From assembly GCA_046497085.1 (NCBI GenBank), contig JAWOGG010000191.1, forward strand, positions 1 through 37,325: 37,325 bases of DNA. Reading direction: 5' to 3'. The stretch comes from Orrella sp. (GTDB taxonomy: Bacteria; Pseudomonadota; Gammaproteobacteria; Burkholderiales; Burkholderiaceae_B). The notes beneath the pieces are model-generated. The model made no database searches. It saw only the letters and a list, made by a program, of their open reading frames with translations, and was not told the origin of the DNA. Below are positions 8,120 to 17,542 of this stretch, piece by piece (within the stretch, counting starts at the first letter, position 1; each line of letters begins with the position of its first letter). Made by a program: the position numbers and the translations under genes.

Positions 8120-9183
8120 TAAAAAGTGTAGCGTGCTTGTGGTTCGATGCCGTCTAGGCGGTCTAAGAGTCTCACGACAGGTTTAAAGGTGCCATAGCGG
8201 CTAGCCACTTGCCGCACGTACTGCAGTACACGCGGCAGATGGTCGAGGTAAGCCGGTTTGTTGTCGCGAAGGCTAAGTCGTGCAAAAACACCTAGGATGC
8301 GCAAATTGCGCTGTAGACCAACCCATTCATATTGCTCATGAAACACCGCAAAGTCGCTCTCCACGGGCAGGCCAGCCGCTCTTGCCTGCTCCCAGTAGCG
8401 AATGGCCCAGTCTAGTTGCTGCGGTTCCTCCCAAGTGGTTCGTGCATCGAAGACCAGGGAGGCGATGTCATAAGAGATCGCCCCGAGAACCGCGTCTTGG
8501 TAATCAAGTATGCCTGGGTTGGTACCCACCGAGGGGTCGGTGCAAACCATCAGGTTGGGCGAATGAAAGTCGCGGTGCACCAGAACTTTGGGTTGTTTGG
8601 CAATGGCAGTGGCCAATTCGGTGAATAGATTCTGCAGATCATCGTGCTCTTTAGAAGTCAACGTAACGCCATGATATTTCTCCACATACCACTCAGGGAA
8701 GAGTTGCAACTCAGCCTTTAACCTGTCGGCATCAAAAACCGGTAAGCCTGTGGGATCTGCGGCTTGCAGTTTGACCAGTGCCTCAATGGCTTGTCGATAG
8801 TTGGTTTGTAAGTCCGCGTCATGCCATTCTGACTGGATTTGGTCGTAATAGGTTTTTGTTCCTAAGTCAGTGAGGAGTAAAAAACCTTGATCCAATGCCT
8901 TGGCTAGAATACAGGGTACGGTCACACCAGTTGTCAAAAGTCGTTCAGTGACGTCACAAAAAGGTCGACAGTCTTCTTGTGGCGGTGGCGCATCCATGAC
9001 AATTAAGGTGCTGTCAGGGGTTTTGACCCGAAAATAGCGTCTAAAGCTTGCGTCTGAAGACGCGGGCGTTAAGCTTGCCAAATCTAAGCCAAGATTGGTA
9101 TCGAGTGAGTTTAGCCACTGTATCAGTACGCGATCGCGATTAATATGTGTCACGGAATGGGTGGGGATCTCTAATTGGCTCAT
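8119..9183 (-). CDS. amgK: Anomeric MurNAc/GlcNAc kinase (aminoglycoside phosphotransferase fold)
   Basis: ASSDASFRRYFR, MDAPP, HRDFHSPNLM, LDYQDA, QRNLRILGVFARL; conserved position divergent from lptD. Confidence 0.9.
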   Translation of the reverse strand: MSQLEIPTHSVTHINRDRVLIQWLNSLDTNLGLDLASLTPASSDASFRRYFRVKTPDSTLIVMDAPPPQEDCRPFCDVTERLLTTGVTVPCILAKALDQGFLLLTDLGTKTYYDQIQSEWHDADLQTNYRQAIEALVKLQAADPTGLPVFDADRLKAELQLFPEWYVEKYHGVTLTSKEHDDLQNLFTELATAIAKQPKVLVHRDFHSPNLMVCTDPSVGTNPGILDYQDAVLGAISYDIASLVFDARTTWEEPQQLDWAIRYWEQARAAGLPVESDFAVFHEQYEWVGLQRNLRILGVFARLSLRDNKPAYLDHLPRVLQYVRQVASRYGTFKPVVRLLDRLDGIEPQARYTF

Positions 9184-9190
9184 GGCGGGT

Positions 9191-9221
9191 TTGTCTTAAC
9201 GGATGGTCCGGTCTCTATAAT
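9191..9221 (+). promoter_or_regulatory. Candidate sigma70 promoter for lptD-surA-rsmA
   Basis: Perfect TATAAT at 9216-9221; TTGTCT at 9191-9196 (19-bp spacer, suboptimal). Confidence 0.4.
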
Positions 9222-9229
9222 AAAGTGTC

Positions 9230-11632
9230 TTGCGCATCCTCGGGTGCATCACACCATTTGAGAGAGTTTTTAATGCGGTTGGTTTGTTGGTGTTGGTTTT
9301 GAAGGGTTCCTTAGTCACTCGCCCTCTATTGGTCATGGCCTGGCTCGGGACATCTGCGCTCGTCTGGGCGCAGGCCGACGCTCCTGCGTCGAACTTAGCA
9401 ACTAGCGTGATCCTGCGTGGTTTAACGACATCCCCTTTATTGTCTCCCGTGACGGTGCCTGTGGACGGATTGCCGGCTTATCTGGGCGCCACCGAAATGC
9501 GCAGTGACCAAGACAGCAACTTAACGCTTCAGGGGCAAGGCACGGTGCGGCGGGCTGACGCGGTTTTGCGCGGTGATTATTTGTTCTACAACCAACAAAC
9601 CGAAGAGGTAACGGCCAAAGGTAACGCACGCCTTACCCAAGACGGTAACGTGGTTGTTGGACCATCCATGCGGTACAACTTTGATACTGAAAAAGGTGAA
9701 GTTGAGTCGCCAGAGTTTTGGTTGGCTAACGGTGGATCCGGCGTGGGCAGCAAAGCCGAATTGGCCAATCAAAATGAAATGACGATCGATGATGTCATTT
9801 ACAGCGCCTGCCCTTGCCCAGATCCCGCTTGGTACATCGATGCCAGTCGAGTTGACCTTAATTACGATGAAAACGAAGGCGTGGCTCGTAATGGTGTGCT
9901 GTTCTTCAAGGGCGTGCCTTTACTGGCCTCGCCTTATCTGACCTTTCCTATCCGTGATGAGCGTAAGTCAGGGTTCTTATTGCCCACTTTTGCAACCACC
10001 AGTCAGACGGGCTTTGATTTGACATTGCCCTACTACCTGAACTTGGCGCCGAACTATGACGCCACCGTGCAGTTGCGACCAATGAGTAAGCGCGGTTTGC
10101 AGTTGGGCGGCGAGTTCCGGTATCTGGGAGAGTCTTACAACGGCAAATTTGCTGGCACCTACATCAACAATGATTACGAGACAGAGACTGATCGTTGGCT
10201 CTACTCCACGCAGCATAATCAGCAACTTGGGTCTGGTTTTAACGCCGGTTGGAATGTCAGTGGTGTGTCAGACGATGATTACTTCAAAGACTTTTCCTTG
10301 TTGGGTGTCAATGAAGCCACCACCACTTATCTAACGCGCTCAGGATTTGTGGGTTGGGGCAATCGCGATTGGAACGCGCGAGTGGAATACACGACGTTTC
10401 AAACGCTCGGTGACATCACACCCCAGTACAACAAAGTGCCCGCGTTCTCGCTAAACGGCGCTAGATTCAATCAAAACGGTTTTGACTTGGAGTCCAGCAA
10501 CGCGGCGATCTGGTTTGATAGGCCACTCGATAAGTTTGGCAACTCGTTTGGTCCGGACGGGCAACGCTTTGTGTCCTACAACACCGTGACGTATCCGATT
10601 GTGCGCCCAGGCTGGTACATCACGCCCAAAGTCGGTCTGCATACAACCCGTTATCAGACTGATTGGTATCGTTTGGCTGGTGTGAATGGGCGCCAAGCCA
10701 GTAACAACCGCGTTTTGCCCATCACCTCTATAGACGCCGGCATGACCTTTGAGCGGCCAAGTTCTTTTTTTGGGTTGGCTGCCATTCAAACGTTGGAGCC
10801 CAGGATTTACTACCTAAACGTGCCTTACCGTGATCAGTCCAATTTACCGATTTACGACACAACATTATCTGATTTCAGCTTCTCACAAGCGTTTCAAGAA
10901 AACATTTACACCGGTGGCTGGGACCGCATTGCCAATGCTAATCAGCTGACAATGGCGCTGACTTCGCGTACGCTAGACGAGGAGACCGGCTTTGAACGAG
11001 TGGCTGTCTCAGTGGGTCAGCGCGTTTATTTCGAAGATCAAAAGGTCACGCTGCCAGGTGAGGAGCCGCGCACCGATGTCCGTTCCGAGTTTTTGATCAA
11101 CGCAACCGCTGCACTCACAGACACGTTGAGTACGACTATTGATTTGCAGTACAACCCTTATGAGGGCTCTTGGGATCGATCGCAAATCGTCGCTCGCTTT
11201 AACCCAAAGCGCGCGACCAGTGTGACGGCCTCCTATAGATATCAGCGTAATCCAACGGGAGCGTTTCAGCCGCAGGGCCAAGAGCAGGTCAGTTTGGCGT
11301 TTCAGTGGCCTTTGAGTCAAAGTGTATATTCGGTTGGTCGGGTAGATTATTCATTGCTTAGCGATCCTAAACGGCAGATTGACCCACGGGTAACACAGGC
11401 GGTGGCCGGGTTGGAGTACAAGGGCGATTGTTGTTGGGCGGCCCGAGTGGTCTATCAGCGCTACGCGATCGATCCCAAAGAAGTGAACAACGCGATATTC
11501 TTTCAATTAGAGCTCGCTGGGCTAGGCAAACTAGGCCAAGATCCCATGGCTTTACTTGGTCAAAGCATCCCGAATTTCCAAAATATTACGCCGACCATCA
11601 ATCCGGTCAGCAAATTTGAAAGGTACGAATAA
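9230..11632 (+). CDS. lptD: LPS-assembly outer-membrane protein LptD (true start probably somewhat downstream of 9230)
   Basis: N-terminal jellyroll, YSACPC, RKSGFLLP, PYYLNLAPNYDAT, LEPRIYY, DRIANANQL, C-terminal CCW and FQLELAGLG; signal-peptide-like region ending ...LVWAQ. Confidence 0.95.
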   Translation: MRILGCITPFERVFNAVGLLVLVLKGSLVTRPLLVMAWLGTSALVWAQADAPASNLATSVILRGLTTSPLLSPVTVPVDGLPAYLGATEMRSDQDSNLTLQGQGTVRRADAVLRGDYLFYNQQTEEVTAKGNARLTQDGNVVVGPSMRYNFDTEKGEVESPEFWLANGGSGVGSKAELANQNEMTIDDVIYSACPCPDPAWYIDASRVDLNYDENEGVARNGVLFFKGVPLLASPYLTFPIRDERKSGFLLPTFATTSQTGFDLTLPYYLNLAPNYDATVQLRPMSKRGLQLGGEFRYLGESYNGKFAGTYINNDYETETDRWLYSTQHNQQLGSGFNAGWNVSGVSDDDYFKDFSLLGVNEATTTYLTRSGFVGWGNRDWNARVEYTTFQTLGDITPQYNKVPAFSLNGARFNQNGFDLESSNAAIWFDRPLDKFGNSFGPDGQRFVSYNTVTYPIVRPGWYITPKVGLHTTRYQTDWYRLAGVNGRQASNNRVLPITSIDAGMTFERPSSFFGLAAIQTLEPRIYYLNVPYRDQSNLPIYDTTLSDFSFSQAFQENIYTGGWDRIANANQLTMALTSRTLDEETGFERVAVSVGQRVYFEDQKVTLPGEEPRTDVRSEFLINATAALTDTLSTTIDLQYNPYEGSWDRSQIVARFNPKRATSVTASYRYQRNPTGAFQPQGQEQVSLAFQWPLSQSVYSVGRVDYSLLSDPKRQIDPRVTQAVAGLEYKGDCCWAARVVYQRYAIDPKEVNNAIFFQLELAGLGKLGQDPMALLGQSIPNFQNITPTINPVSKFERYE

Positions 11633-13089
11633 TGGCAGTCACCAAACGATGGATGGGACTTTTTCTGGGCATGGCATTGTTGATGGCGATGGGCCTGAGT
11701 CAGGCTCAGGGGTTGCGCTCGGGCAACCAAGCGCCTGCCAAAGCCAACGTGCCTGTTGACGGCATCGCTGCAGTGGTGGGGTCGGCGGTCATCACCGTGC
11801 GCGAAGTGGATCAGCGCGCGCAAGTGATTGCCGGAGAGATTCGCAACAACCGCAGGCCAATGCCTGCCGAAGACGAGATTAAAAAGCAGGCGCTTGACCG
11901 CTTGATTACCGAGTCATTGATCCGTCAGGAAGGCGAAATGATGGGCGTGCGGGTGAGCGAACAAGACATCAATGAGGCCATTGAAAGCGTGGCGAGCCGA
12001 AACAACGTGAGCGTGGCCCAGTTGCGTAATCAGGTGAAGTCGGTGGGCTTGACTTGGGAGCAATACAAACAACGCTTGAGCAGCGATGTGTTGGTGGATC
12101 GGGTACGCCAACGGATGATCGAGGAAGAGGTGCGCGTCAGTGATGCTGACGTGGACGCTTATTTGCGCGAGCAGAAAGCCCGTGAAGCCAGTGGCTTGGA
12201 ACCCCCGCCACCACCACCGCCACCCAAACCCAAGCCACGTCCTGTTCAGCCGTTGGTTTTGCAGATCTCGCAGATATTTTTGTCGGTGCCAGAGTCGGCT
12301 TCCGAAGAGCAGGTGGCTGAGCGTAAGCAGCGCATTGATGAAATTCGCGCTGATCTGCGTAAGGGACAAGACTTTGCCACTCTTGCCATAGAGTATTCCG
12401 ATGGACCTGAGGCTTCAGATGGCGGTAACCTTGGCGCGCGCCCGGCTGATGGCTGGCCGGCGTTGTTTTTAAATGCCGCCCGTAACCTGCAACCGGGTCA
12501 AATCTCACGGGTTTTAAAGAGTCCAGCGGGATTTCACATTCTCAAAGTGGTAGGGCGCGCAGGCGGTCCTCAGCCAGAGCCACCGCCACCCCCAGAGCCT
12601 GAGAAGTTAACAATGCCAGATGGTCCCATGATGGTGGATCAGACCAAGGCACGCCATATCCTCATCAAGACCAATACAGTGATGAGCGATGAGCAGGCGC
12701 GCCAACGCTTGAACAATGCCCGGCAGCGTATCGTTGACGGTGGCGAGAGTTTTTCGACGGTGGCCCAAGCGGTGTCAGATGACGCTTCAGCGCCATTGGG
12801 CGGTGCGCTAGGATGGATTAATCCAGGTGAAACTGTCCCCGCGTTTGAGCGCGCCATGAATGAGCTGGCTGTGGGCGAGGTCAGTGAGCCTATTCAATCG
12901 CAATTTGGTTGGCACATCATTGAGGTACAGGAGCGGCGCACACAAGACATGGCCGATCAGTATCGGCGCAATATCGCCCGCGAGCAGTTGTTCAGGCGCA
13001 GGGCGGCTAGTCGATTCGATGCTTGGCTGCAACAAGTCCGCAATCAAACCTATATTGATAACCGCATGTTCCGGCCTCAAACTCAATGA
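11632..13089 (+). CDS. surA: Periplasmic chaperone / PPIase SurA
   Basis: Signal peptide, DGIAAVVG, two parvulin domains (GGNLG...[10 protein letters not shown]; ARHILIK...GGALGW...[10 protein letters not shown]); TAATG coupling to lptD. Confidence 0.94.
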   Translation: MAVTKRWMGLFLGMALLMAMGLSQAQGLRSGNQAPAKANVPVDGIAAVVGSAVITVREVDQRAQVIAGEIRNNRRPMPAEDEIKKQALDRLITESLIRQEGEMMGVRVSEQDINEAIESVASRNNVSVAQLRNQVKSVGLTWEQYKQRLSSDVLVDRVRQRMIEEEVRVSDADVDAYLREQKAREASGLEPPPPPPPPKPKPRPVQPLVLQISQIFLSVPESASEEQVAERKQRIDEIRADLRKGQDFATLAIEYSDGPEASDGGNLGARPADGWPALFLNAARNLQPGQISRVLKSPAGFHILKVVGRAGGPQPEPPPPPEPEKLTMPDGPMMVDQTKARHILIKTNTVMSDEQARQRLNNARQRIVDGGESFSTVAQAVSDDASAPLGGALGWINPGETVPAFERAMNELAVGEVSEPIQSQFGWHIIEVQERRTQDMADQYRRNIAREQLFRRRAASRFDAWLQQVRNQTYIDNRMFRPQTQ

Positions 13090-13895
13090 GTTCAGCCAAA
13101 GGGCGTCATCAAGCTAGGCAACGATTTGGGCAAAACTTCCTGGTTGACTTAGCGGTAGTCGATCAAATTGTGAATTCAGTTGCGCCGAAGGCCGCTGACA
13201 ATGTCGTTGAAATCGGTCCAGGCCTGTCGGCCTTGACCGCACCATTGTTGTCTAAGCTAGATCATTTGACGGTGATAGAAATCGACCGTGATTTGGCATC
13301 TCGTTTACGCGATCAATACCCTGAATCCCGTTTGACCATTATTGAACAAGACGCCTTAACAGTCGATTTCTCTCGGCTAGGTGAGGGTTTGCGCGTGGTG
13401 GGCAACCTTCCATACAACATTTCAACGCCACTGCTATTCGCTTGTTTGCAGGCGGCTGATCACGTGGTCGATCAGCACTTTATGTTGCAACGAGAGGTAG
13501 TGGATCGCATGGTAGCTGACGCGGGCTCGTCGTCTTACAGTCGTTTGTCGGTGATGTTGCAGTATCGCTATCGTCTAGAAAAGCTATTCGACGTGGCACC
13601 TGAGTCGTTCGACCCACCACCTAAGGTTGTCTCGGCGGTGGTTCGCATGGTGCCACTTGGCGCCGATAGGCCGCGTGCGCGGCATGAACAGCTGTTTGCT
13701 AGTTTGGTCCAGCGTGCCTTTTCTCAGCGCCGCAAAATGCTCAGAGGGGCTTTGGGCGATTGGGCTGCCTTGATACCCTGGGAAGCGATTGACGTGCCAC
13801 CGACCGCACGAGCCGAGCAAGTCGATGTGGCAGGATTCATTCGGATGAGCGACGCGTTGTCGCCACAGTTGCCGCCGTCAGCCATGTCCGCATAA
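13086..13895 (+). CDS. rsmA: 16S rRNA (adenine1518/1519-N6) dimethyltransferase
   Basis: [53 protein letters not shown]; ATGA overlap with surA. Confidence 0.97.
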   Translation: MSSAKGRHQARQRFGQNFLVDLAVVDQIVNSVAPKAADNVVEIGPGLSALTAPLLSKLDHLTVIEIDRDLASRLRDQYPESRLTIIEQDALTVDFSRLGEGLRVVGNLPYNISTPLLFACLQAADHVVDQHFMLQREVVDRMVADAGSSSYSRLSVMLQYRYRLEKLFDVAPESFDPPPKVVSAVVRMVPLGADRPRARHEQLFASLVQRAFSQRRKMLRGALGDWAALIPWEAIDVPPTARAEQVDVAGFIRMSDALSPQLPPSAMSA

Positions 13896-14997
13896 TGTCA
13901 GCGGCTCTGGCCTGCAGCAGGGTTTGACCTTGCTCGCAGGCTTGCTTTAAGGATAAGGGGCCGTTGGCTAAGCTGAATGCGGCAGTGAGTCCAACCTCAT
14001 AAAGCGTTTGATAACCTTCGCCCAACTGTCCTGTCAGGGCAATCACGGGAACTTGATGACGCTGTGCAATTTGCATCACACCCATGGGGGTTTTGCCTTG
14101 CTTGGTTTGCGCATCCATGCTGCCTTCTCCAGTGAACACCAAGTCGGCCTGTTCGACAGCCTTCTCCAAGTCAACCAGTTCGGCTACCATCTCGGCGCCC
14201 GGTCGCATCTGAGCGTTTAGCCATGCGATGGCAGCAAAACCTAGTCCCCCAGCGGCGCCTGCCCCAGCGTCATGCCGTGCATCATGGGCTAAGACTTGAG
14301 CGCTTAAATCAGCCATGTGGTCAAGTGCCGCATCAAGCTGTTGAACCATGGCCGGCGTTGCGCCCTTTTGTGGGCCAAATATCGCCGATGCACCGGTTGG
14401 TCCGCACAGTGGGTTGTTGACGTCTGTGGCCACTATCAATTGGCACGATTTCAATCGCGGATCTAGTGCGCTGGGATCGATACGGGCCAGATTTGACAGT
14501 TCTGCGCCACCAGGTGGCAACGGTTGGTCTTGCGCATTGAGCCAACGCACACCAAGTGCACGTAGCATGCCGGTGCCGCCATCGTTAGTAGCCGAACCGC
14601 CAGCCGTTAAAACAATGGTTCGAGCCCCCGCATCTAGAGCGGCCAGTATCAATGTGCCAACCCCAAACGTATCGGCAACCAAGGGGTCGCGATCGGCCGG
14701 TGTGATGTGTTCTAGACCTGCTGCGCTGGCCATTTCTATCAGGGCGGTGTTGTTAGGCAGCCAACCCCAATCAGCTTTCTTAGGACGTCCTAACGCATCT
14801 GTGACCCTAGCCGTGCGACGTTCGCCAGCCGTGGCATCGAGCACTGTCACTAGCGTCCCCTCGCCGCCATCGGCCATGGGTATGCAGCGTATTTGTGCGT
14901 CGGGCAAGACCATTTGGATGCCCCGTGCGATGGCTTGAGCGACTTCAAGAGCGCTGAGGCTTTCTTTAAACGAGTCGGGGGCGATCACTATATTCAT
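13837..14997 (-). CDS. glxK: Glycerate kinase (GlxK/GarK family)
   Basis: Start reassigned to the ATG at 14997: [14 protein letters not shown]; [40 protein letters not shown]. Confidence 0.92.
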   Translation of the reverse strand: MNIVIAPDSFKESLSALEVAQAIARGIQMVLPDAQIRCIPMADGGEGTLVTVLDATAGERRTARVTDALGRPKKADWGWLPNNTALIEMASAAGLEHITPADRDPLVADTFGVGTLILAALDAGARTIVLTAGGSATNDGGTGMLRALGVRWLNAQDQPLPPGGAELSNLARIDPSALDPRLKSCQLIVATDVNNPLCGPTGASAIFGPQKGATPAMVQQLDAALDHMADLSAQVLAHDARHDAGAGAAGGLGFAAIAWLNAQMRPGAEMVAELVDLEKAVEQADLVFTGEGSMDAQTKQGKTPMGVMQIAQRHQVPVIALTGQLGEGYQTLYEVGLTAAFSLANGPLSLKQACEQGQTLLQARAADIMRTWLTAATVATTRRSSE

Positions 14998-15014
14998 GGT
15001 TGTGTTGACCAGCG

Positions 15015-16250
15015 CTAACTGGCCCCAAAGAAGACATAACAAACCACAATTGCCGTCACAATGCCGGCTAGGTCCGCCAAGAGCGCGCAACCGACGGCGT
15101 GCCGAGCCCGTTGTATGCGTACTGCCCCAAAATACACGGCTAAGACATAAAAAGTGGTTTCCGTGCTGCCTTGTAGTGTGGCAGCCAGTAATCCCGCAAA
15201 ACTATCGACACCATGAAACTGCATGGTTTCAATCATCATGGCACGCGCGGCGCTACCCGAAAGGGGTTTGACCATCGCCGTCGGTAATGCATCAATGAAG
15301 CGCGTATCACCACCGACGATCTCAACGGTCCATCGGACCGAATCAAGCACAAAGGTCATGGCACCTGAGGCGCGTAGTAAACCTATGGCGCATAGCATAG
15401 CCACGAGATAGGGCAGCAGGTCTTTGGCAATCTCAAAGCCTTGCTTGGCACCGTCAATAAACGATTCGTAGACGGGTACTTTACGCCAAGCGCCAAGCAC
15501 CAGAAACAACAGAATAATGCCTAGTAACACCAAGTTCCCAGCCAAACTTGATACATGGGCGAGCGCTGCGCTTGCCATGGTGGCAGCGGCCGCCATGATG
15601 CCCGATAGCAACAAAACTGTGACAGCAAGCCAAAGTAGCACCACTGGATCACGCAGTGGCAAACGTTGCATCCAACTGACAGCTAAAAATCCCACCAAAG
15701 TGGATGCGCCAGTCGCCAACAGTATCGGTAAAAACACCAGCGTGGGGTCAGGCGCGCCTTGCTGCAGGCGGTACATGAAAATCGTGACCGGTAGGAGGGT
15801 GAGTGATGATGTGTTGAGAACTAAAAAGAGGATTTGCGCGTTGGTGGCCACGCTTGGATTGGGATTAAGCGTTTGCAGCTCGCGCATGGCTTTCAGACCA
15901 ACTGGCGTGGCTGCGTTGTCCAAACCCAAGCCATTGGCAGCGAAGTTCATGGTGATGAGGCCAAGTGCGGGGTGGCCGCGCGGCACGTCTGGCATGAGTC
16001 GCGCAAAAAGTGGTGCCAACCATCGTCCTAAGGTACTCACCAGACCTGCTTGTTCGGCGATGCGCAGGAGGCCGAGCCAAAGTGTCAGGGTGCCAAACAG
16101 CAGCACCATCACATCAACAGAGAGCTTGGCCATATCAAATAAACTGGCCACCATTCGAGAGAATACTTCGGCGTCACCTAACCATAGCCATTGAGCCAGA
16201 CCAGCCGCTGCTCCAACAATAAAAAAACCCAGCCAGAGGCCGTTCAGCAC
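15015..16250 (-). CDS. Fused SpmA/SpmB (nucleoside-recognition Gate domain) membrane protein
   Basis: Multi-TM; ANGLGLDNAATPVGLKAM (SpmA) and KPLSGS...QGSTETTFYVLAVYFGAV (SpmB); GTG start. Confidence 0.88.
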   Translation of the reverse strand: MLNGLWLGFFIVGAAAGLAQWLWLGDAEVFSRMVASLFDMAKLSVDVMVLLFGTLTLWLGLLRIAEQAGLVSTLGRWLAPLFARLMPDVPRGHPALGLITMNFAANGLGLDNAATPVGLKAMRELQTLNPNPSVATNAQILFLVLNTSSLTLLPVTIFMYRLQQGAPDPTLVFLPILLATGASTLVGFLAVSWMQRLPLRDPVVLLWLAVTVLLLSGIMAAAATMASAALAHVSSLAGNLVLLGIILLFLVLGAWRKVPVYESFIDGAKQGFEIAKDLLPYLVAMLCAIGLLRASGAMTFVLDSVRWTVEIVGGDTRFIDALPTAMVKPLSGSAARAMMIETMQFHGVDSFAGLLAATLQGSTETTFYVLAVYFGAVRIQRARHAVGCALLADLAGIVTAIVVCYVFFGAS

Positions 16251-16277
16251 AATCTACTCGCTTGCATATTAAGGACC

Positions 16278-16667
16278 CTAGTTGGTTTTGCGCTCAATGA
16301 ATTCGATTTTGTAGCCGTCGGGATCTTCGACGAAGGCGATGACGGTGGTGCCGTGTTTCATGGGGCCGGCTTCGCGAACCACTTTGCCACCCTTTTGACG
16401 CACGAGCTCACAAGCGCCGGCTGCGTCTTTGACTTCAAGGGCGATGTGCCCGTAGCCGTCGCCTAAGTCGTAGGACTCCGTATCCCAGTTGTGCGTAAGT
16501 TCAAGGACAGTGCCGTCGGCTTCGTCTTGATAGCCGACAAATGCCAAAGTAAAGCGGCCGCCTTCGTAGTCTTTGCGACGCAGTAGGCGCATGCCTAAAA
16601 CATGGGTGTAAAAATCGATAGAGGTGTCTAAATTACCCACTCTTAGCATGGTGTGCAGAATTCTCAT
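16278..16667 (-). CDS. gloA: Lactoylglutathione lyase (glyoxalase I)
   Basis: Start reassigned to the ATG at 16667: [11 protein letters not shown]; [24 protein letters not shown]. Confidence 0.96.
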   Translation of the reverse strand: MRILHTMLRVGNLDTSIDFYTHVLGMRLLRRKDYEGGRFTLAFVGYQDEADGTVLELTHNWDTESYDLGDGYGHIALEVKDAAGACELVRQKGGKVVREAGPMKHGTTVIAFVEDPDGYKIEFIERKTN

Positions 16668-16704
16668 GGCTATCGGACTCCTAATCAGTCGTGTCAGTAA
16701 GGCA

Positions 16705-17529
16705 TCATACCGCTGGCATGTCGCCAGGCGACACGCCGCGCAAGGCTTTGTGCCCTTCAAGGTAATCGGGATATATGTGTTGCAAGGTGTTCCAAAAGGC
16801 TTGGCTGTGATTCATTTCTTTTAAATGAGCGAGTTCATGGGCGATCACATAGTCAATCACTGAAGGCTTGAAGTGAATCAGTCGCCAGTTCAACATAATC
16901 CGTTTGTCGCTGTTGCAAGCACCCCAGCGGGTGTTGGCTGAAGATAGTTTCCATCCGCTTGGTGCCAACCCGGTGTTGGCTTCAAAATGACTTAGACGGC
17001 GACCAAACCAAGTTTTGGCGCGCTTTTGTAGCCAGGTTTGGGCCAAGTCTCTGACTCGCGCGCAGTCGACGTCCTCGGGCAGGGCCAGCCAAAGTGTTTG
17101 ATCTGTCTCAGGCTGATCGGGGTCCCCTTCGAACCAGACGGGTGATGCGCTTGTGTCGGTGGGTGCTGTACCGCAGCGCAACGTGATTCGGCATCCTAAA
17201 TAAGGTAGCGTGCCACCGGAGCGCCAGTTGGTGGCTGCAATCGCAAGGTTTTGTTGACGCACTTGCAGCGCTTGGAGCTTGCGCTGCACCCAGTCGAACT
17301 TTTCAACGACGGCTTGATCAATCTGACGCAAACCCACCCAGGCCGGCGCATTAACGCGCAGGCCATCATCGGTCACGGTCAACCCAATAGAGCGTCGTCT
17401 TGAGCGTTGCAAGCGGTACGTGATGGTCACGCCTTGATGTGCCACACTGCGATCGTGTGAACCGATCTCAGGCGCCCGTTGTTTGGGTGCTGGTGTGCGG
17501 TCTAGATCGAATGATAGTTGCTGGCTCAT
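16705..17529 (-). CDS. M48/YgjP (DUF45, SprT-like) zinc metallopeptidase family protein
   Basis: [42 protein letters not shown] (HExxH plus downstream H). Confidence 0.9.
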   Translation of the reverse strand: MSQQLSFDLDRTPAPKQRAPEIGSHDRSVAHQGVTITYRLQRSRRRSIGLTVTDDGLRVNAPAWVGLRQIDQAVVEKFDWVQRKLQALQVRQQNLAIAATNWRSGGTLPYLGCRITLRCGTAPTDTSASPVWFEGDPDQPETDQTLWLALPEDVDCARVRDLAQTWLQKRAKTWFGRRLSHFEANTGLAPSGWKLSSANTRWGACNSDKRIMLNWRLIHFKPSVIDYVIAHELAHLKEMNHSQAFWNTLQHIYPDYLEGHKALRGVSPGDMPAV

Positions 17530-17542
17530 GCGAACGATGTCA

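Noticed and set aside
8119-9183. Aminoglycoside resistance gene (APH fold)
   Set aside because: Motifs and the murU/lptD context identify the housekeeping kinase AmgK.
14998-15090. N-terminal extensions in the ORF track (glxK 15090, gloA 16760, ict-like 30044, folK 31877, pcnB 33192)
   Set aside because: They overlap upstream genes; family N-termini and stop/start coupling support the shorter starts used.
14348-16194. Antisense ORFs of 196 aa (14348-14938) and 225 aa (15517-16194)
   Set aside because: Codon-register shadows of glxK and spmAB; no domain signal.
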